Shown one piece after another: positions 1 to 9,262 of a DNA stretch of 24,749 nt (its first letter is position 1; every line of letters begins with the position of its first letter). The position numbers and the translations under genes were made by a program. Source of the DNA: a virus (Duplodnaviria > Caudoviricetes); IMG/VR virus record IMGVR_UViG_3300008113_000883, positions 1 to 24,749 of that record; one strand, given 5' to 3'. Under the pieces are notes generated by a model. The model did not search any database, was not told where the DNA came from, and was given only the letters and a program-made list of their open reading frames with translations.

Positions 1-1986
1 TGATTTTAGTAAATAACGTAAATTAATGAATATATTTCCTATTTGTCCTAAACCTGCTTTACAAGCAAGATCAGCAGTACCATTAGCATCAGATACTGAG
101 AAAGGTGGTAAACCCTCCATAAAGCCAAGATCACTAGCAGCATCGTCTTGTTTTTCCTTTAATTCTTTTAGTTTTTCCTCAGTTTTAATTTGTTTAAGTA
201 CTACTTCTTTTTTAGCATCAACTATACCTATGCTTTTTCTTGGAAAATTATCACCTAATAAACTTTTAACATCACTTTCATATAATTGATAATCTAAAAA
301 GTCATAGATATTAAGTTCTTGAACTCTACTTTCATTTCCAAGCATAGAAACTTTATAGGTAGTTACTGGTACACCGGGTGCACCGGGTCCTGTACTAACT
401 ACAGTTGTTGTTTTTTCAACAGTTAAAGCTAATTCAAATTGTCTTTGTAATTCAGCAGCCGCTTTATCTTTAGCTATACCTGCTTTTTCACAAGCAGTCA
501 TATAATCTTTGACTTTCTGAATGACATCATCATCCTTAGAATTGTCATCAGCTACTATAATTGGTGAGATAAAATCAATAACGGATTTAGCAGCAGTTTC
601 TGCTGGTGTAGCAGACCCGTTCCAAGTAATATTAGCATCAACTTGTTTTCCTACATCACCTGTATTTGGAGGAACTGATCCTGATTCTGACCCTGATCCC
701 GATGGTGTACTACCTAAATCTTCAGGAAGTTTAAAAGAAGGCCAAATATCATTTTTAATTAAACATACTGATGGGTCTACAGATATTTGTAAAGGATGAC
801 ATAAACATAATAAGTACGGTGCTGATGGATTTTTTAAGTTTTCAGATGATATTTGCCCACCGTTTTGATAAGGTCTATCACTTGTTGTTACTCCAATAAT
901 TGGTTTATTTCCATCTTCCGCTACAATACCTACTGTAATATGATTGTTTATTAGTTTACAGAAAGATTCTAATGAAATAAATACTTGACCATCGCCTGTG
1001 GTCATTTCTTCCATTTCCTCTGTTTCATCATGTAATTCAATATCCATAGTGAACAAATCGTATTTAACCCCAAATCTATCTTCTACGGTGAATGTTTCGT
1101 ATTTGTTTTCTGATGGAACCGCTTCGTGTAATTCATATATTAGACCAGATAAGAAATTTCTTTGATAGAATTTTTCTAGATATTCTGGATCTGGAACACG
1201 CTCTGAATCTTTTATTCTTAAATAACCACTAGTTTGTAATTCAATTAGTGATAAATTAGTAGCATTATAGTTTATTTTTAATGATTCTATCATTTCACCG
1301 ATAGAAATCAAAGTTGTACTACAATCATATCCCCCATCTGGTCTTGCTGCCCATTTATAATTTTTAACTATGCCTAAAAATCCACCATAGTTACCTTCAG
1401 CTTCTTCTTCTTTTTTAAATAACTGTTGGAATACATTTTGGTAATCTTTACCACTAAGATTGCTATCAAATATATCAAATGAAGGATAACCTGAGGCTAA
1501 AGTACCGTCGTTTTTAAGATAAGGATTCCATCCCCATTCCAATAATACTGAGTAGCCAGGTCTCATGTAAAGTAATTCTAAATCTTCTAGTTGAGTAATA
1601 TCCCAACAGTTAAAGTTTACTGTTACTTCTCTTAATGACCCATAAGCACCTTTTGATTTGATCTCAACACCTGTAATACCAGGCATTGGTCTAACGCCAT
1701 ATAAATGTGTTTTGCCGTTTGGTGTTTGTAAAGAATATGCATTATTAGCTCCTACACCAACACCGCTTCTTAGTTTACCATCATATAAAGCACCACCAAC
1801 TAAAATATAATTTTTAGCTAATGCGCCACCATCATCTTTAACATCAACAGAGGAAGACATTCTTAACCAAGCTTTCCTACCATTATAGTAGGTTAAGTCA
1901 GTTGTATTACGTCTAGCAATCGACTCTCCTCTTTTTTTGATTTGATTTTTAATGTGAGCTGGAAAAGATTCTTTGAATATAGACAT
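1..1986 (-). CDS. Large baseplate hub-like tail protein, runs off the left edge (missing from ORF track)
   Basis: ATG at 1986, 4 nt after the LysM-like gene stop. Translates MSIFKESFPAHIKNQIKKRG...KAWLRMSSSVDV...RPMPGITGVEIKSKGAYGSLREVTVNFNCWDITQLEDLELLYMRPGYSVLLEWGW and appears open to base 1. Function inferred from position after TMP/tube initiator/LysM. Confidence 0.65.
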   Translation of the reverse strand, partial: MSIFKESFPAHIKNQIKKRGESIARRNTTDLTYYNGRKAWLRMSSSVDVKDDGGALAKNYILVGGALYDGKLRSGVGVGANNAYSLQTPNGKTHLYGVRPMPGITGVEIKSKGAYGSLREVTVNFNCWDITQLEDLELLYMRPGYSVLLEWGWNPYLKNDGTLASGYPSFDIFDSNLSGKDYQNVFQQLFKKEEEAEGNYGGFLGIVKNYKWAARPDGGYDCSTTLISIGEMIESLKINYNATNLSLIELQTSGYLRIKDSERVPDPEYLEKFYQRNFLSGLIYELHEAVPSENKYETFTVEDRFGVKYDLFTMDIELHDETEEMEEMTTGDGQVFISLESFCKLINNHITVGIVAEDGNKPIIGVTTSDRPYQNGGQISSENLKNPSAPYLLCLCHPLQISVDPSVCLIKNDIWPSFKLPEDLGSTPSGSGSESGSVPPNTGDVGKQVDANITWNGSATPAETAAKSVIDFISPIIVADDNSKDDDVIQKVKDYMTACEKAGIAKDKAAAELQRQFELALTVEKTTTVVSTGPGAPGVPVTTYKVSMLGNESRVQELNIYDFLDYQLYESDVKSLLGDNFPRKSIGIVDAKKEVVLKQIKTEEKLKELKEKQDDAASDLGFMEGLPPFSVSDANGTADLACKAGLGQIGNIFINLRYLLKS

Positions 1987-1990
1987 AACA

Positions 1991-2290
1991 TTATTTGTAA
2001 TTTAGATCATTAAACAATTTCAAAACGGCTCCTAAATCTGTTGGGATTCGTAATTGAGTACCTGGTGTTAAGAACATAGATCCCTTGTTTATATTATTGT
2101 TTGCTGATGATATTACCCACCAGTATTCTGGGTTTTTGTAATAAGCATAGGCTAATAAATCTAGTCTATCTCCTATTGTTGTAATAACATATACATCGTC
2201 CTCCGATAAAGGAATATTTGGATATTTCTTCATCTTAAGGTACTTTGTACCTGTTGCTTTTTGTATAATATCTTTTGTTGTGTATCTCAT
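1991..2290 (-). CDS. LysM-like / baseplate wedge (T4 gp53, P2 gpX-like) protein
   Basis: Motif GDRLDLLAYAYYKNPEYWWVISSAN...LTPGTQLRIP; canonical position in myovirus baseplate clusters. Confidence 0.8.
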   Translation of the reverse strand: MRYTTKDIIQKATGTKYLKMKKYPNIPLSEDDVYVITTIGDRLDLLAYAYYKNPEYWWVISSANNNINKGSMFLTPGTQLRIPTDLGAVLKLFNDLNYK

Positions 2291-4581
2291 TATCTAGCAT
2301 TTTCTACTCCAACTAAAAACCCTGTTCCTACTATTGGATTAGTTAAATGATTTAAAAATCCACCTTCTTTATATGTAGGTAATTCTTTTCCAAGAATTGT
2401 GAAACTAAATTGAGCATTTATATACATTGCTAATTTTTCATCTATATCCCAAGTAGAAGCATCAGGTATATCAAACGAAATTGATGTTAATATTCCTGGT
2501 TCCTTTACTAAATAGTTTCCTAATGTTATTTCTGTTATTACCCCACCCAATCTGTTGTTTTTATCATACATTCCTGCACCAGCAGACTGTAATTCACTTA
2601 AAGCTCTATGTTTTTCAAGTAAATGTACTCTGTTGAAACATGGGATTTGTAAATTAAAACTTACATCTCTTTTATGTTCGGTAAAGGTATAAAAACTTTC
2701 TGACCTACCCACATATTTTACTGGGTTCCAGGTTGAGTTTGAATTGTACTTAAAACCAGACATATATGCTGAGAATAGTACAGTTCTTTCTTTTGTTGCT
2801 GTGAATGGATTAATTGTATCAAACTTAATTTGCATTATGGCTTGATCAACTCTATGAAAATTAGGTATTTTATTAGCACCATTAAAATAAAAACCATTTC
2901 TATCAGCAGCTTTTCCTCTATTTACTGAAATATTTTCACTTTCAAATGTCTTACCTCCTGATGTAGGATGAGATATTTCTATTTTAGGAGATGTTGTCAT
3001 TTCACCCCCTTCGTAAGTTTCTTTTAATCCACCTTCCATACCATCTACATTTACAATAGATGCTTTAACTGTCTTTTTAACAGTCCTAACAACTGCCTCA
3101 TCTAACTCTCTTGCTTTACCAGATGATGAAGCAATAATAGAACCAGTTAATTGTTGTTGTGCAATCTGTTTATCAGTGCCTGTATATTCTTTTCTTGTTG
3201 GTGCATTACTACCCTTTGTTCCTGTTCCTGATACTGGGGTGACTGATAATGTTCTTGTACTATTAGTATAATCTGTAGTTTCTTCACCAGTTTTAATTAC
3301 CTTAAATTTATCTGATGGTGTATCAATAATAGGATTTAATGATGGGAATTTAATTTCTTTTAAAGATCCTGTATTAATTAAACTATCTTTTGGTACTAAC
3401 CAGCTTTCTGGGGTATAAGTTCCGTATATAAATCTATTTGGTTTGAACTTTCTTCCTAGTGCATTAAACTGATCATTTTCTTTAATATTAGCAAAAATTG
3501 TAGCTAATTCTGATGTAGGTTCTGCTATAGAGGCTGTAAAGTAACTACCACTACTATCTGCAAATATGCTTGGGGTTGTTAATGGACTAACTGCTAAACT
3601 ACCTTGAATTGTTCTTAGTTTTGATTTAGCAAAAGACTCATTTATTTTGTTTATATCTTCAGTAAAAACGTATCTGTTAATAATAGTTCTTCCTATACCA
3701 TATACTGATTTAGGACCACCATTATAACTGTCAATAGTTAATGTTTTAGTATCTAATTTATTTCTTTTAAATCGGATACGGTCAGTTGAATAACGCTCAA
3801 ATTCAAAACCTTCTGTTTTAGCTCCTTGTCTTAAGCTTTGGTTTATAGCTCTAGTATCTTTTCTTCTTTGTTGATTAGCTGCTCTATTAGCTTGTCTTCC
3901 TTGTTGGTTAGCTGCTCTATTAGCTCTTCTTGCTTCTGGTAAATTAAATTGCTCTGTAATATCTCCTTCATTATCTCCTAAGTTGAATTTATTTGTTAAA
4001 CCAACTAATCTGTTATTACCACCACTTGGATTAATAAAGTTTCCAACAGCACCTGCCATGCTAAACATGCTACCTGCTGCAGTATTTACTTCTTTATTAT
4101 TTTCAGTTACTACATTGATATACTTAGTGCTTTCATCCATTACTGGTAAAAGACCATGTCTCATTAGATGTCCACCAAATGCTGTAAGAGGTACCTGAGC
4201 AAGTGTATTAATACCTAAATTGTATAAGCGAGTTGAACCCGTATTACCTACTAATCCACTAGCACCTTTTTTAGTTTCAAGTTTTGGATTAGATAATTGT
4301 AATCCAACTTGTTTAACTATAAATAAAGGTCCTTTAGGGAAATCTTTAAGAAATTTGCCTATACGAAGTGTATCAACTGCAGAAGCGTTTAAAGCTCCAA
4401 TAGCACCACCTCTGATTAAACCATCATCGAATTTAGTAAGTCTAAATCTATTGAAGGGTTTATCAACGTCTTTTAGTTCAACCTTCATGTAAGGCTGCCC
4501 ACTGTTACCTCCGTTTGAGGTATCATTACCGTACTTTAAACTACGTAGTTTGGTAGCATTTAATTGCGTAATTATAGGCAT
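2290..4581 (-). CDS. Tail/baseplate protein with C-terminal tube-initiator-like (tube-fold) domain
   Basis: 763 aa. C-terminal FSAYMSGFKYNSNSTWNPVKYVGRSESFYTFTEHKRDVSFNLQI...ITLGNYL..PGILTSISFDI resembles tube-initiator domains. Lies between TMP and the LysM-like gene; its stop overlaps the next start. Confidence 0.6.
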   Translation of the reverse strand: MPIITQLNATKLRSLKYGNDTSNGGNSGQPYMKVELKDVDKPFNRFRLTKFDDGLIRGGAIGALNASAVDTLRIGKFLKDFPKGPLFIVKQVGLQLSNPKLETKKGASGLVGNTGSTRLYNLGINTLAQVPLTAFGGHLMRHGLLPVMDESTKYINVVTENNKEVNTAAGSMFSMAGAVGNFINPSGGNNRLVGLTNKFNLGDNEGDITEQFNLPEARRANRAANQQGRQANRAANQQRRKDTRAINQSLRQGAKTEGFEFERYSTDRIRFKRNKLDTKTLTIDSYNGGPKSVYGIGRTIINRYVFTEDINKINESFAKSKLRTIQGSLAVSPLTTPSIFADSSGSYFTASIAEPTSELATIFANIKENDQFNALGRKFKPNRFIYGTYTPESWLVPKDSLINTGSLKEIKFPSLNPIIDTPSDKFKVIKTGEETTDYTNSTRTLSVTPVSGTGTKGSNAPTRKEYTGTDKQIAQQQLTGSIIASSSGKARELDEAVVRTVKKTVKASIVNVDGMEGGLKETYEGGEMTTSPKIEISHPTSGGKTFESENISVNRGKAADRNGFYFNGANKIPNFHRVDQAIMQIKFDTINPFTATKERTVLFSAYMSGFKYNSNSTWNPVKYVGRSESFYTFTEHKRDVSFNLQIPCFNRVHLLEKHRALSELQSAGAGMYDKNNRLGGVITEITLGNYLVKEPGILTSISFDIPDASTWDIDEKLAMYINAQFSFTILGKELPTYKEGGFLNHLTNPIVGTGFLVGVENAR
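3868..3930 (-). repeat. 33-bp tandem duplication encoding RRANRAANQQ-G-RQANRAANQQ
   Basis: ttagctgctctattagct at 3875-3892 and 3908-3925; a degenerate third copy encodes RKDTRAINQ. Confidence 0.8.
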
Positions 4582-4594
4582 CCTTGACTATTTA

Positions 4595-4891
4595 TTAGTA
4601 ACGACCATCAGTAGGACCTAAATCGCTATATTTGCGGCCTGGTTTTGATTTGTATTGTTTTGCGCGAAGGTTACGTGGTGCTTTAGGATCTAATTCATCT
4701 AATGTAGATTCTTTTTTAACATTAGAAGAACCATTAAAGTCAACTAATTTAACTTTAGGATCTGTGAAGATTGAGTACTGATTGTGTAATTTGTCAGTAG
4801 CTGTACCTGCAAAGTATCCAAACTTATTAGCTGAAAATCCGTTTGCAATTAAACCTAATTTGCTTTTGTCTTTTTGATTAATGATTGCCAT
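4595..4891 (-). CDS. Hypothetical protein, 98 aa, basic, probably virion-associated
   Basis: Fills the gap after TMP and has its own upstream ATATTTATA motif. Confidence 0.7.
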   Translation of the reverse strand: MAIINQKDKSKLGLIANGFSANKFGYFAGTATDKLHNQYSIFTDPKVKLVDFNGSSNVKKESTLDELDPKAPRNLRAKQYKSKPGRKYSDLGPTDGRY

Positions 4892-4918
4892 TTTTATTTT
4901 AATTTAAAATTGTCTATG

Positions 4919-4927
4919 TATAAATAT
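4919..4927 (-). promoter_or_regulatory. Putative late promoter ATATTTATA
   Basis: Shared 9-mer, 28 nt upstream of ATG 4891. Confidence 0.6.
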
Positions 4928-4931
4928 TTAA

Positions 4932-7595
4932 TTAAGCAGTTTTGTAAGAACCATTCATGTTTTGTGTTGTACCTACTTTAACCGCATCCATCATCACTAT
5001 GCCTTCTTTATTGATTAATTGGTCAATTGCTGCTTTAACTTCAGCAAGAGCTGCGACTACTGGCGATAAATCAATAGCTACACCACCTCCACCGCCTTTA
5101 CCACCACCTAAATCTGTACCGGCTATTACTGTATCTTTATCATTTAAAGCTATAGCGCCTTCAGGAGCCATTAATGTTCTTTTACCATATCCTCCTCCTG
5201 GTGATACAACGTCATCTCCTTTTGTCATTAACGTAGCACCTAAAGCAACAGCACCAGCTGCGGCAGCGGCACCTAATACCCAACCTATGACTGGTATTTT
5301 TGCTGCTGATTCAAAAGCAGACATTGCTGCTCCTGCTATACTTTTCCAAGCTTCTCTAATTGTAAACATTAAACCTTGTTTTTTAAGTGCAAGAGAAACC
5401 TTTTCATAAGTAGATTGAAGGAGTAATAAACCTGCCTTTGCTCTTTCATATACAACAGCGGCGGCATCATAAGTACCCATTATTATTTTTCTAGCAAGAC
5501 TTTTTTCATCTAATGTAGCAGCATATGTTTTAATACCTGCTATACCTTGTTCTGAAATTAATCCTGCTAATAATTGAGCGTTGTATATTATTTTAGCTCC
5601 TAGGCCTTGTTTGTCCATTAAGTTTTGAACTCCTTTTTCACGAGTGATAAAGGCTTCAGTACCCATTTGGGCTGCTTTTACTGCGAAACCAGCTCTATTA
5701 GTAGCTAACGCTGCTGTTGATAATATATTTGATGTTAATTGATAACCTTTAATAAGTAAATATAAACCACCAATTATTTTTAATGCTGGTATCATTTGGT
5801 TTATAAGACTTAATCCTCCTGATAGCGTATCTAGGAATGATCCTAAAGGACCAGCCATTAAGTTACCAAATAAACTTTGTAATTTTTCTACGGCAGCATT
5901 GAATTTATCTTGAACATTTTGTCTTTCAAGAGCTTGTGCTGCTTCTTCTTCACTTATTTGTTGTAATGATTTTCCAGATTTAACTGCTTCTTCTCTTTTT
6001 CTTAATTGTTCAGATAATTTATCTGATGTTGTTCCTAAAGACTGAGCATAAGCGTTTTGTGCTAATACATTCATCTTAGAGAACTTAGCAGCTGTCATGC
6101 CTTGGTTAGCTAATTCTTGAGCTACACCAGCCATATCACCTTGTAAAGCTAATGCTCTAGCTCTTTCTAGATTTAATGCTTGCCCAGTTAATAATTCTGC
6201 TTTTAATTCATTCTCAATTGATGATTCGAAATTTAAAAGCGATTCAGCTTGTGATTTAGTATCTTCTAATGTAGTACCTAATGCTTTAGCTTGAACTATT
6301 GCTGAAGCTATACGTTCTGGGTTGTATCCTAAATTAGCAGCTAATTGGCCTGATACCTTAACAGCTTCTGCTAATGCTGATCTAAAATCTATACCAACTC
6401 TAAGTTGGTTTCTTGTTACAGCTAAACCTCTAACAAATGATCTATAAGTTTCTTCAGATGATTTACCTGATAATGCTGCAAATCTTTGTACTTGAGCTGC
6501 TTCATCAGCTTGTAATCCAACTTGTCTAGTTAATTTAATCTGAGTTTCAAGTTGATCAGCTGAAAATTCATAAGCAAATCCTGTTGCTTTAACTAATTCA
6601 CCAAATGCTTGAGTTAGATTTTTAGTATTAACATTTAGATTAGTAGATGATCTTTCTATAGCGACCATCTTTTCTCTAAAGGCATCTGCTCTTTGAGTTC
6701 CATATCCTAATTGCTTTCCTAATTCAACTGCTTGTGCATTTGCATTTAAAGCAGCTTTAAAGAAGAAATTAGCAATTTTTAATAATATAGTAAGTTGTGT
6801 AACTGGATCTTTTAATGCTTGTCCTATTCCAGATACTGTTCCTTTTACTCCAGTCATTAAAACGTCCCATTTGGTACCTGTTTTAGCAACTTCTCTCATA
6901 TCTTCTTTTAGATTCTCAAAGAACTCACTACTAATACCTAATTTACCTAAAGCACCAACTATACCATCTACTATTTTTCCAGATATACCTAAGGTTTGAT
7001 TTATCTTTTTTTCATAATCTAAGCGATCTTGAATTACTCTACCTAAAAGTACAGAATCATCTAACATTCCTTTAGTTGTTCTCTGTGCTTTTTGAATTTC
7101 TTGAAATTCTCTTCTTAGAGCAGGAAGATTAGCATTTTGTCTTAACTGAGCACTTGCAAATATATTTTGAATTTCTTTTTTGCGTTGTTCGTTAGTTTTA
7201 TAAGCTTCTGCAAGATTTGTTTTCTCTATAGCTAATTTTTTCTGTAAGCTTACTATTTGATTTTTACTAAGTGTGCTGATATCATCTTGATCATATTTTA
7301 ATCTAGAAGTAATATCTTGTAGCTTTTTAAAAGAAGAATTAATATCCTTAGTAGCATTCTTTTGATTAAGCAGTTCTCGAACACTTGCTTTTAAAGTCTC
7401 ATAAAACGAATTTACATCTGAATTCAGATTAGATTGTTCTTTTCTAAGACTTTGAAGCTCTTTACGAAATTTTTCAGCACCACCAATCAATTGTTCAAAG
7501 GCCTTAACATCAGAGATAGTTATCTCTCTTAAGTCTTTCATCAATTTGACTAGTTCCGCCGCTTCGGCCGCTGATATTGGTGTTGGATCCGCCAT
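4932..7595 (-). CDS. Tail tape measure protein
   Basis: 887 aa, Ala/Leu/Lys/Gln-rich and helical, with LLNFESSIENELKAELLTGQALNLERARALAL and hydrophobic C-terminal stretches. Directly downstream of tube and chaperone. Confidence 0.9.
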   Translation of the reverse strand: MADPTPISAAEAAELVKLMKDLREITISDVKAFEQLIGGAEKFRKELQSLRKEQSNLNSDVNSFYETLKASVRELLNQKNATKDINSSFKKLQDITSRLKYDQDDISTLSKNQIVSLQKKLAIEKTNLAEAYKTNEQRKKEIQNIFASAQLRQNANLPALRREFQEIQKAQRTTKGMLDDSVLLGRVIQDRLDYEKKINQTLGISGKIVDGIVGALGKLGISSEFFENLKEDMREVAKTGTKWDVLMTGVKGTVSGIGQALKDPVTQLTILLKIANFFFKAALNANAQAVELGKQLGYGTQRADAFREKMVAIERSSTNLNVNTKNLTQAFGELVKATGFAYEFSADQLETQIKLTRQVGLQADEAAQVQRFAALSGKSSEETYRSFVRGLAVTRNQLRVGIDFRSALAEAVKVSGQLAANLGYNPERIASAIVQAKALGTTLEDTKSQAESLLNFESSIENELKAELLTGQALNLERARALALQGDMAGVAQELANQGMTAAKFSKMNVLAQNAYAQSLGTTSDKLSEQLRKREEAVKSGKSLQQISEEEAAQALERQNVQDKFNAAVEKLQSLFGNLMAGPLGSFLDTLSGGLSLINQMIPALKIIGGLYLLIKGYQLTSNILSTAALATNRAGFAVKAAQMGTEAFITREKGVQNLMDKQGLGAKIIYNAQLLAGLISEQGIAGIKTYAATLDEKSLARKIIMGTYDAAAVVYERAKAGLLLLQSTYEKVSLALKKQGLMFTIREAWKSIAGAAMSAFESAAKIPVIGWVLGAAAAAGAVALGATLMTKGDDVVSPGGGYGKRTLMAPEGAIALNDKDTVIAGTDLGGGKGGGGGVAIDLSPVVAALAEVKAAIDQLINKEGIVMMDAVKVGTTQNMNGSYKTA

Positions 7596-7617
7596 TACTT
7601 ACATTTAATATTGCCTA

Positions 7618-7626
7618 TATAAATAT
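7618..7626 (-). promoter_or_regulatory. Putative late promoter ATATTTATA
   Basis: 23 nt upstream of TMP ATG. Confidence 0.65.
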
Positions 7627-7651
7627 TAAAAGCGCCTATTTCTTAGGCGCT
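7624..7651 (-). terminator. Intrinsic terminator overlapping the end of the frameshift ORF
   Basis: AGCGCCTA-5nt-TAGGCGCT perfect stem (7631-7651) followed on the minus strand by TTTAATATTT. Confidence 0.65.
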
Positions 7652-7914
7652 CTTGTTGAATATGTGGGCTGTGTTACGTTAGGTGCTAACGGTTTTGTTG
7701 ATGTTTTTGATTTATTTTCAAGCTGTTGGTTTTGTTTTTCAACGGCTTCAGCTTCATCCTCATAAAACTTTTTCATTTTATGGAATGTAAATCTACGCAA
7801 CCATATAGGCATATTATAAACCGTGTACCAGTCGTATCCACCTTTTCCGTGGAATACTATTTCATGTATTTGGTCGAATATTATAGGTCTATCTTCCTGA
7901 GTCAGGCCAAAAAA
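7636..7914 (-). CDS. Tail assembly chaperone C-terminal extension (gpGT-like / T4 gp51-like), reached by frameshift
   Basis: +1 frame relative to 7889..8641 reads FFGLTQEDRPIIFDQIHEIVFHGKGGYDWYTVYNMPIWLRRFTFHKMKKFYEDEAEAVEKQ...RAPKK* (TAG 7636-7638). No ATG/GTG/TTG between the upstream in-frame stop and residue ~35; begins at a T7 run. Confidence 0.75.
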   Translation of the reverse strand, partial: FFGLTQEDRPIIFDQIHEIVFHGKGGYDWYTVYNMPIWLRRFTFHKMKKFYEDEAEAVEKQNQQLENKSKTSTKPLAPNVTQPTYSTRAPKK

Positions 7915-8641
7915 AGTTAATTCCTACTGGAATAACGATGCCCTCCTCTGCACCTTCAGGATAATAAGTCATATCAATATCTGGTTGGATTTGTGCATAG
8001 TATTCGCGTAATGCTCTTGCATCCTTTGCTGTTAATCCATTATCAACAAAATCACGAATAGCTGCTAATTCTCTTTTACCATTAATTGATGTGATTATAT
8101 ATTTTAAACGTGTAGTAATCTCAAATGAACCTTGTGGGTTAATTTTCTTTAATCCTTTAATTTCAGCATCGATTGCTTGCTCATCACCGTGAGTTAAAAG
8201 CTTAAATGTTACTACATTTCCTGATAGGGGCATTGTGAATGAAAATTCGTTTTTACCTTCAGTAAATAGCGATAAATCAACTTCTTTTTCTTTTAATGTA
8301 GATAAATCAACAGTTACTATTTCTTCACCACCTGTTTCGTAGTTATAGTTTTTAAATTGATATTCGGCACCATATCCTAAAATACGGGCTCCTAGCAGTA
8401 TTGCGTTTTTATCGCACACTAATATATCATTAAAACTAACTGGTGTTACAATCAACGATTGCATTACTCTGTTAAGTACTGATCCGTCTTTAATATAGTT
8501 AGCATTAGTAAGAATATCTTCTTCTTTAGCCGTCATATATTTCATTTCTACTTCACCCTTAGATAGCGGTGATTCTTTAGGATACAATAAACCTTTGGAT
8601 GGTAATGTAACTGTTTCTGTAGGCATTTTAAATTCGCTCAT
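7889..8641 (-). CDS. Tail assembly chaperone / T4 gp26-like hub assembly protein
   Basis: MPTETVTLPSKGLLYP...MKYMTAKEEDIL...PVGINFFWP; lies between tube and TMP. Confidence 0.8.
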   Translation of the reverse strand: MSEFKMPTETVTLPSKGLLYPKESPLSKGEVEMKYMTAKEEDILTNANYIKDGSVLNRVMQSLIVTPVSFNDILVCDKNAILLGARILGYGAEYQFKNYNYETGGEEIVTVDLSTLKEKEVDLSLFTEGKNEFSFTMPLSGNVVTFKLLTHGDEQAIDAEIKGLKKINPQGSFEITTRLKYIITSINGKRELAAIRDFVDNGLTAKDARALREYYAQIQPDIDMTYYPEGAEEGIVIPVGINFFWPDSGR

Positions 8642-8663
8642 ATAACATTTTTATTTGTGTATA

Positions 8664-8672
8664 TATAAATAT
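8664..8672 (-). promoter_or_regulatory. Putative late promoter ATATTTATA
   Basis: 23 nt upstream of ATG 8641. Confidence 0.65.
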
Positions 8673-8675
8673 ACG

Positions 8676-8704
8676 AAAAAAGAAAGCGTCTGCAAAGCAG
8701 ACGC
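8676..8704 (-). terminator. Intrinsic terminator after tail tube gene
   Basis: GCGTCTGC-3nt-GCAGACGC stem (8686-8704) followed by TTTCTTTTTT on the minus strand. Confidence 0.85.
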
Positions 8705-8730
8705 CTCTTGAGAGAGAAATATGAAGGGAA

Positions 8731-9216
8731 TTAGAAGTTTAATACACAATAATCCATGGCAACAGTAAGAGAAATACTAACTGCAGCTTCACTTGACCAA
8801 TCGTATTCACCAAAGTTTGCAGTTTTTACATATGCACCTTTGATTACCCATTCGCTAACGATGTCACCTACTGGGCCTAATACGTTTAATACTAAATCTT
8901 TTTTATAAAAATCAGAATAACCATCGCGGCCAGTTACTGATTCGTGAGCCAAACGAGCCCATTCCATTACAGCTTGAGCACCACTTGGAGTGATTGGATC
9001 ATATAGTTCTAAGTTCATATCTTGCCACTTAACTTTACCCTTTACTTTACGGTAAACGTTGATGTGGTCTAATACGATTTCACCTGCGTCAAATTGTGGT
9101 GACGCTGCTTTCTTAATCAAATATGCTGGGATACCATCTACATACATGATGAAACGGTTCTGCACTTTTGGTTCAAAAGCTGTGAACATTATTTGGTTTG
9201 CATCTAATACAGCCAT
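8731..9216 (-). CDS. Tail tube protein (T4 gp19-like)
   Basis: 161 aa, FEPKVQNRFIMYVDGIP...KVKWQDMNLELYDPI...VMEW...GDIVSEWVIKGAY; directly after sheath. Confidence 0.92.
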   Translation of the reverse strand: MAVLDANQIMFTAFEPKVQNRFIMYVDGIPAYLIKKAASPQFDAGEIVLDHINVYRKVKGKVKWQDMNLELYDPITPSGAQAVMEWARLAHESVTGRDGYSDFYKKDLVLNVLGPVGDIVSEWVIKGAYVKTANFGEYDWSSEAAVSISLTVAMDYCVLNF

Positions 9217-9238
9217 TTTATGTTAAATTTTGTCTATT

Positions 9239-9247
9239 AATAAATAT
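9239..9247 (-). promoter_or_regulatory. Putative late promoter ATATTTATT
   Basis: 23 nt upstream of tube ATG. Confidence 0.6.
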
Positions 9248-9262
9248 TATTGTTTATAATCC

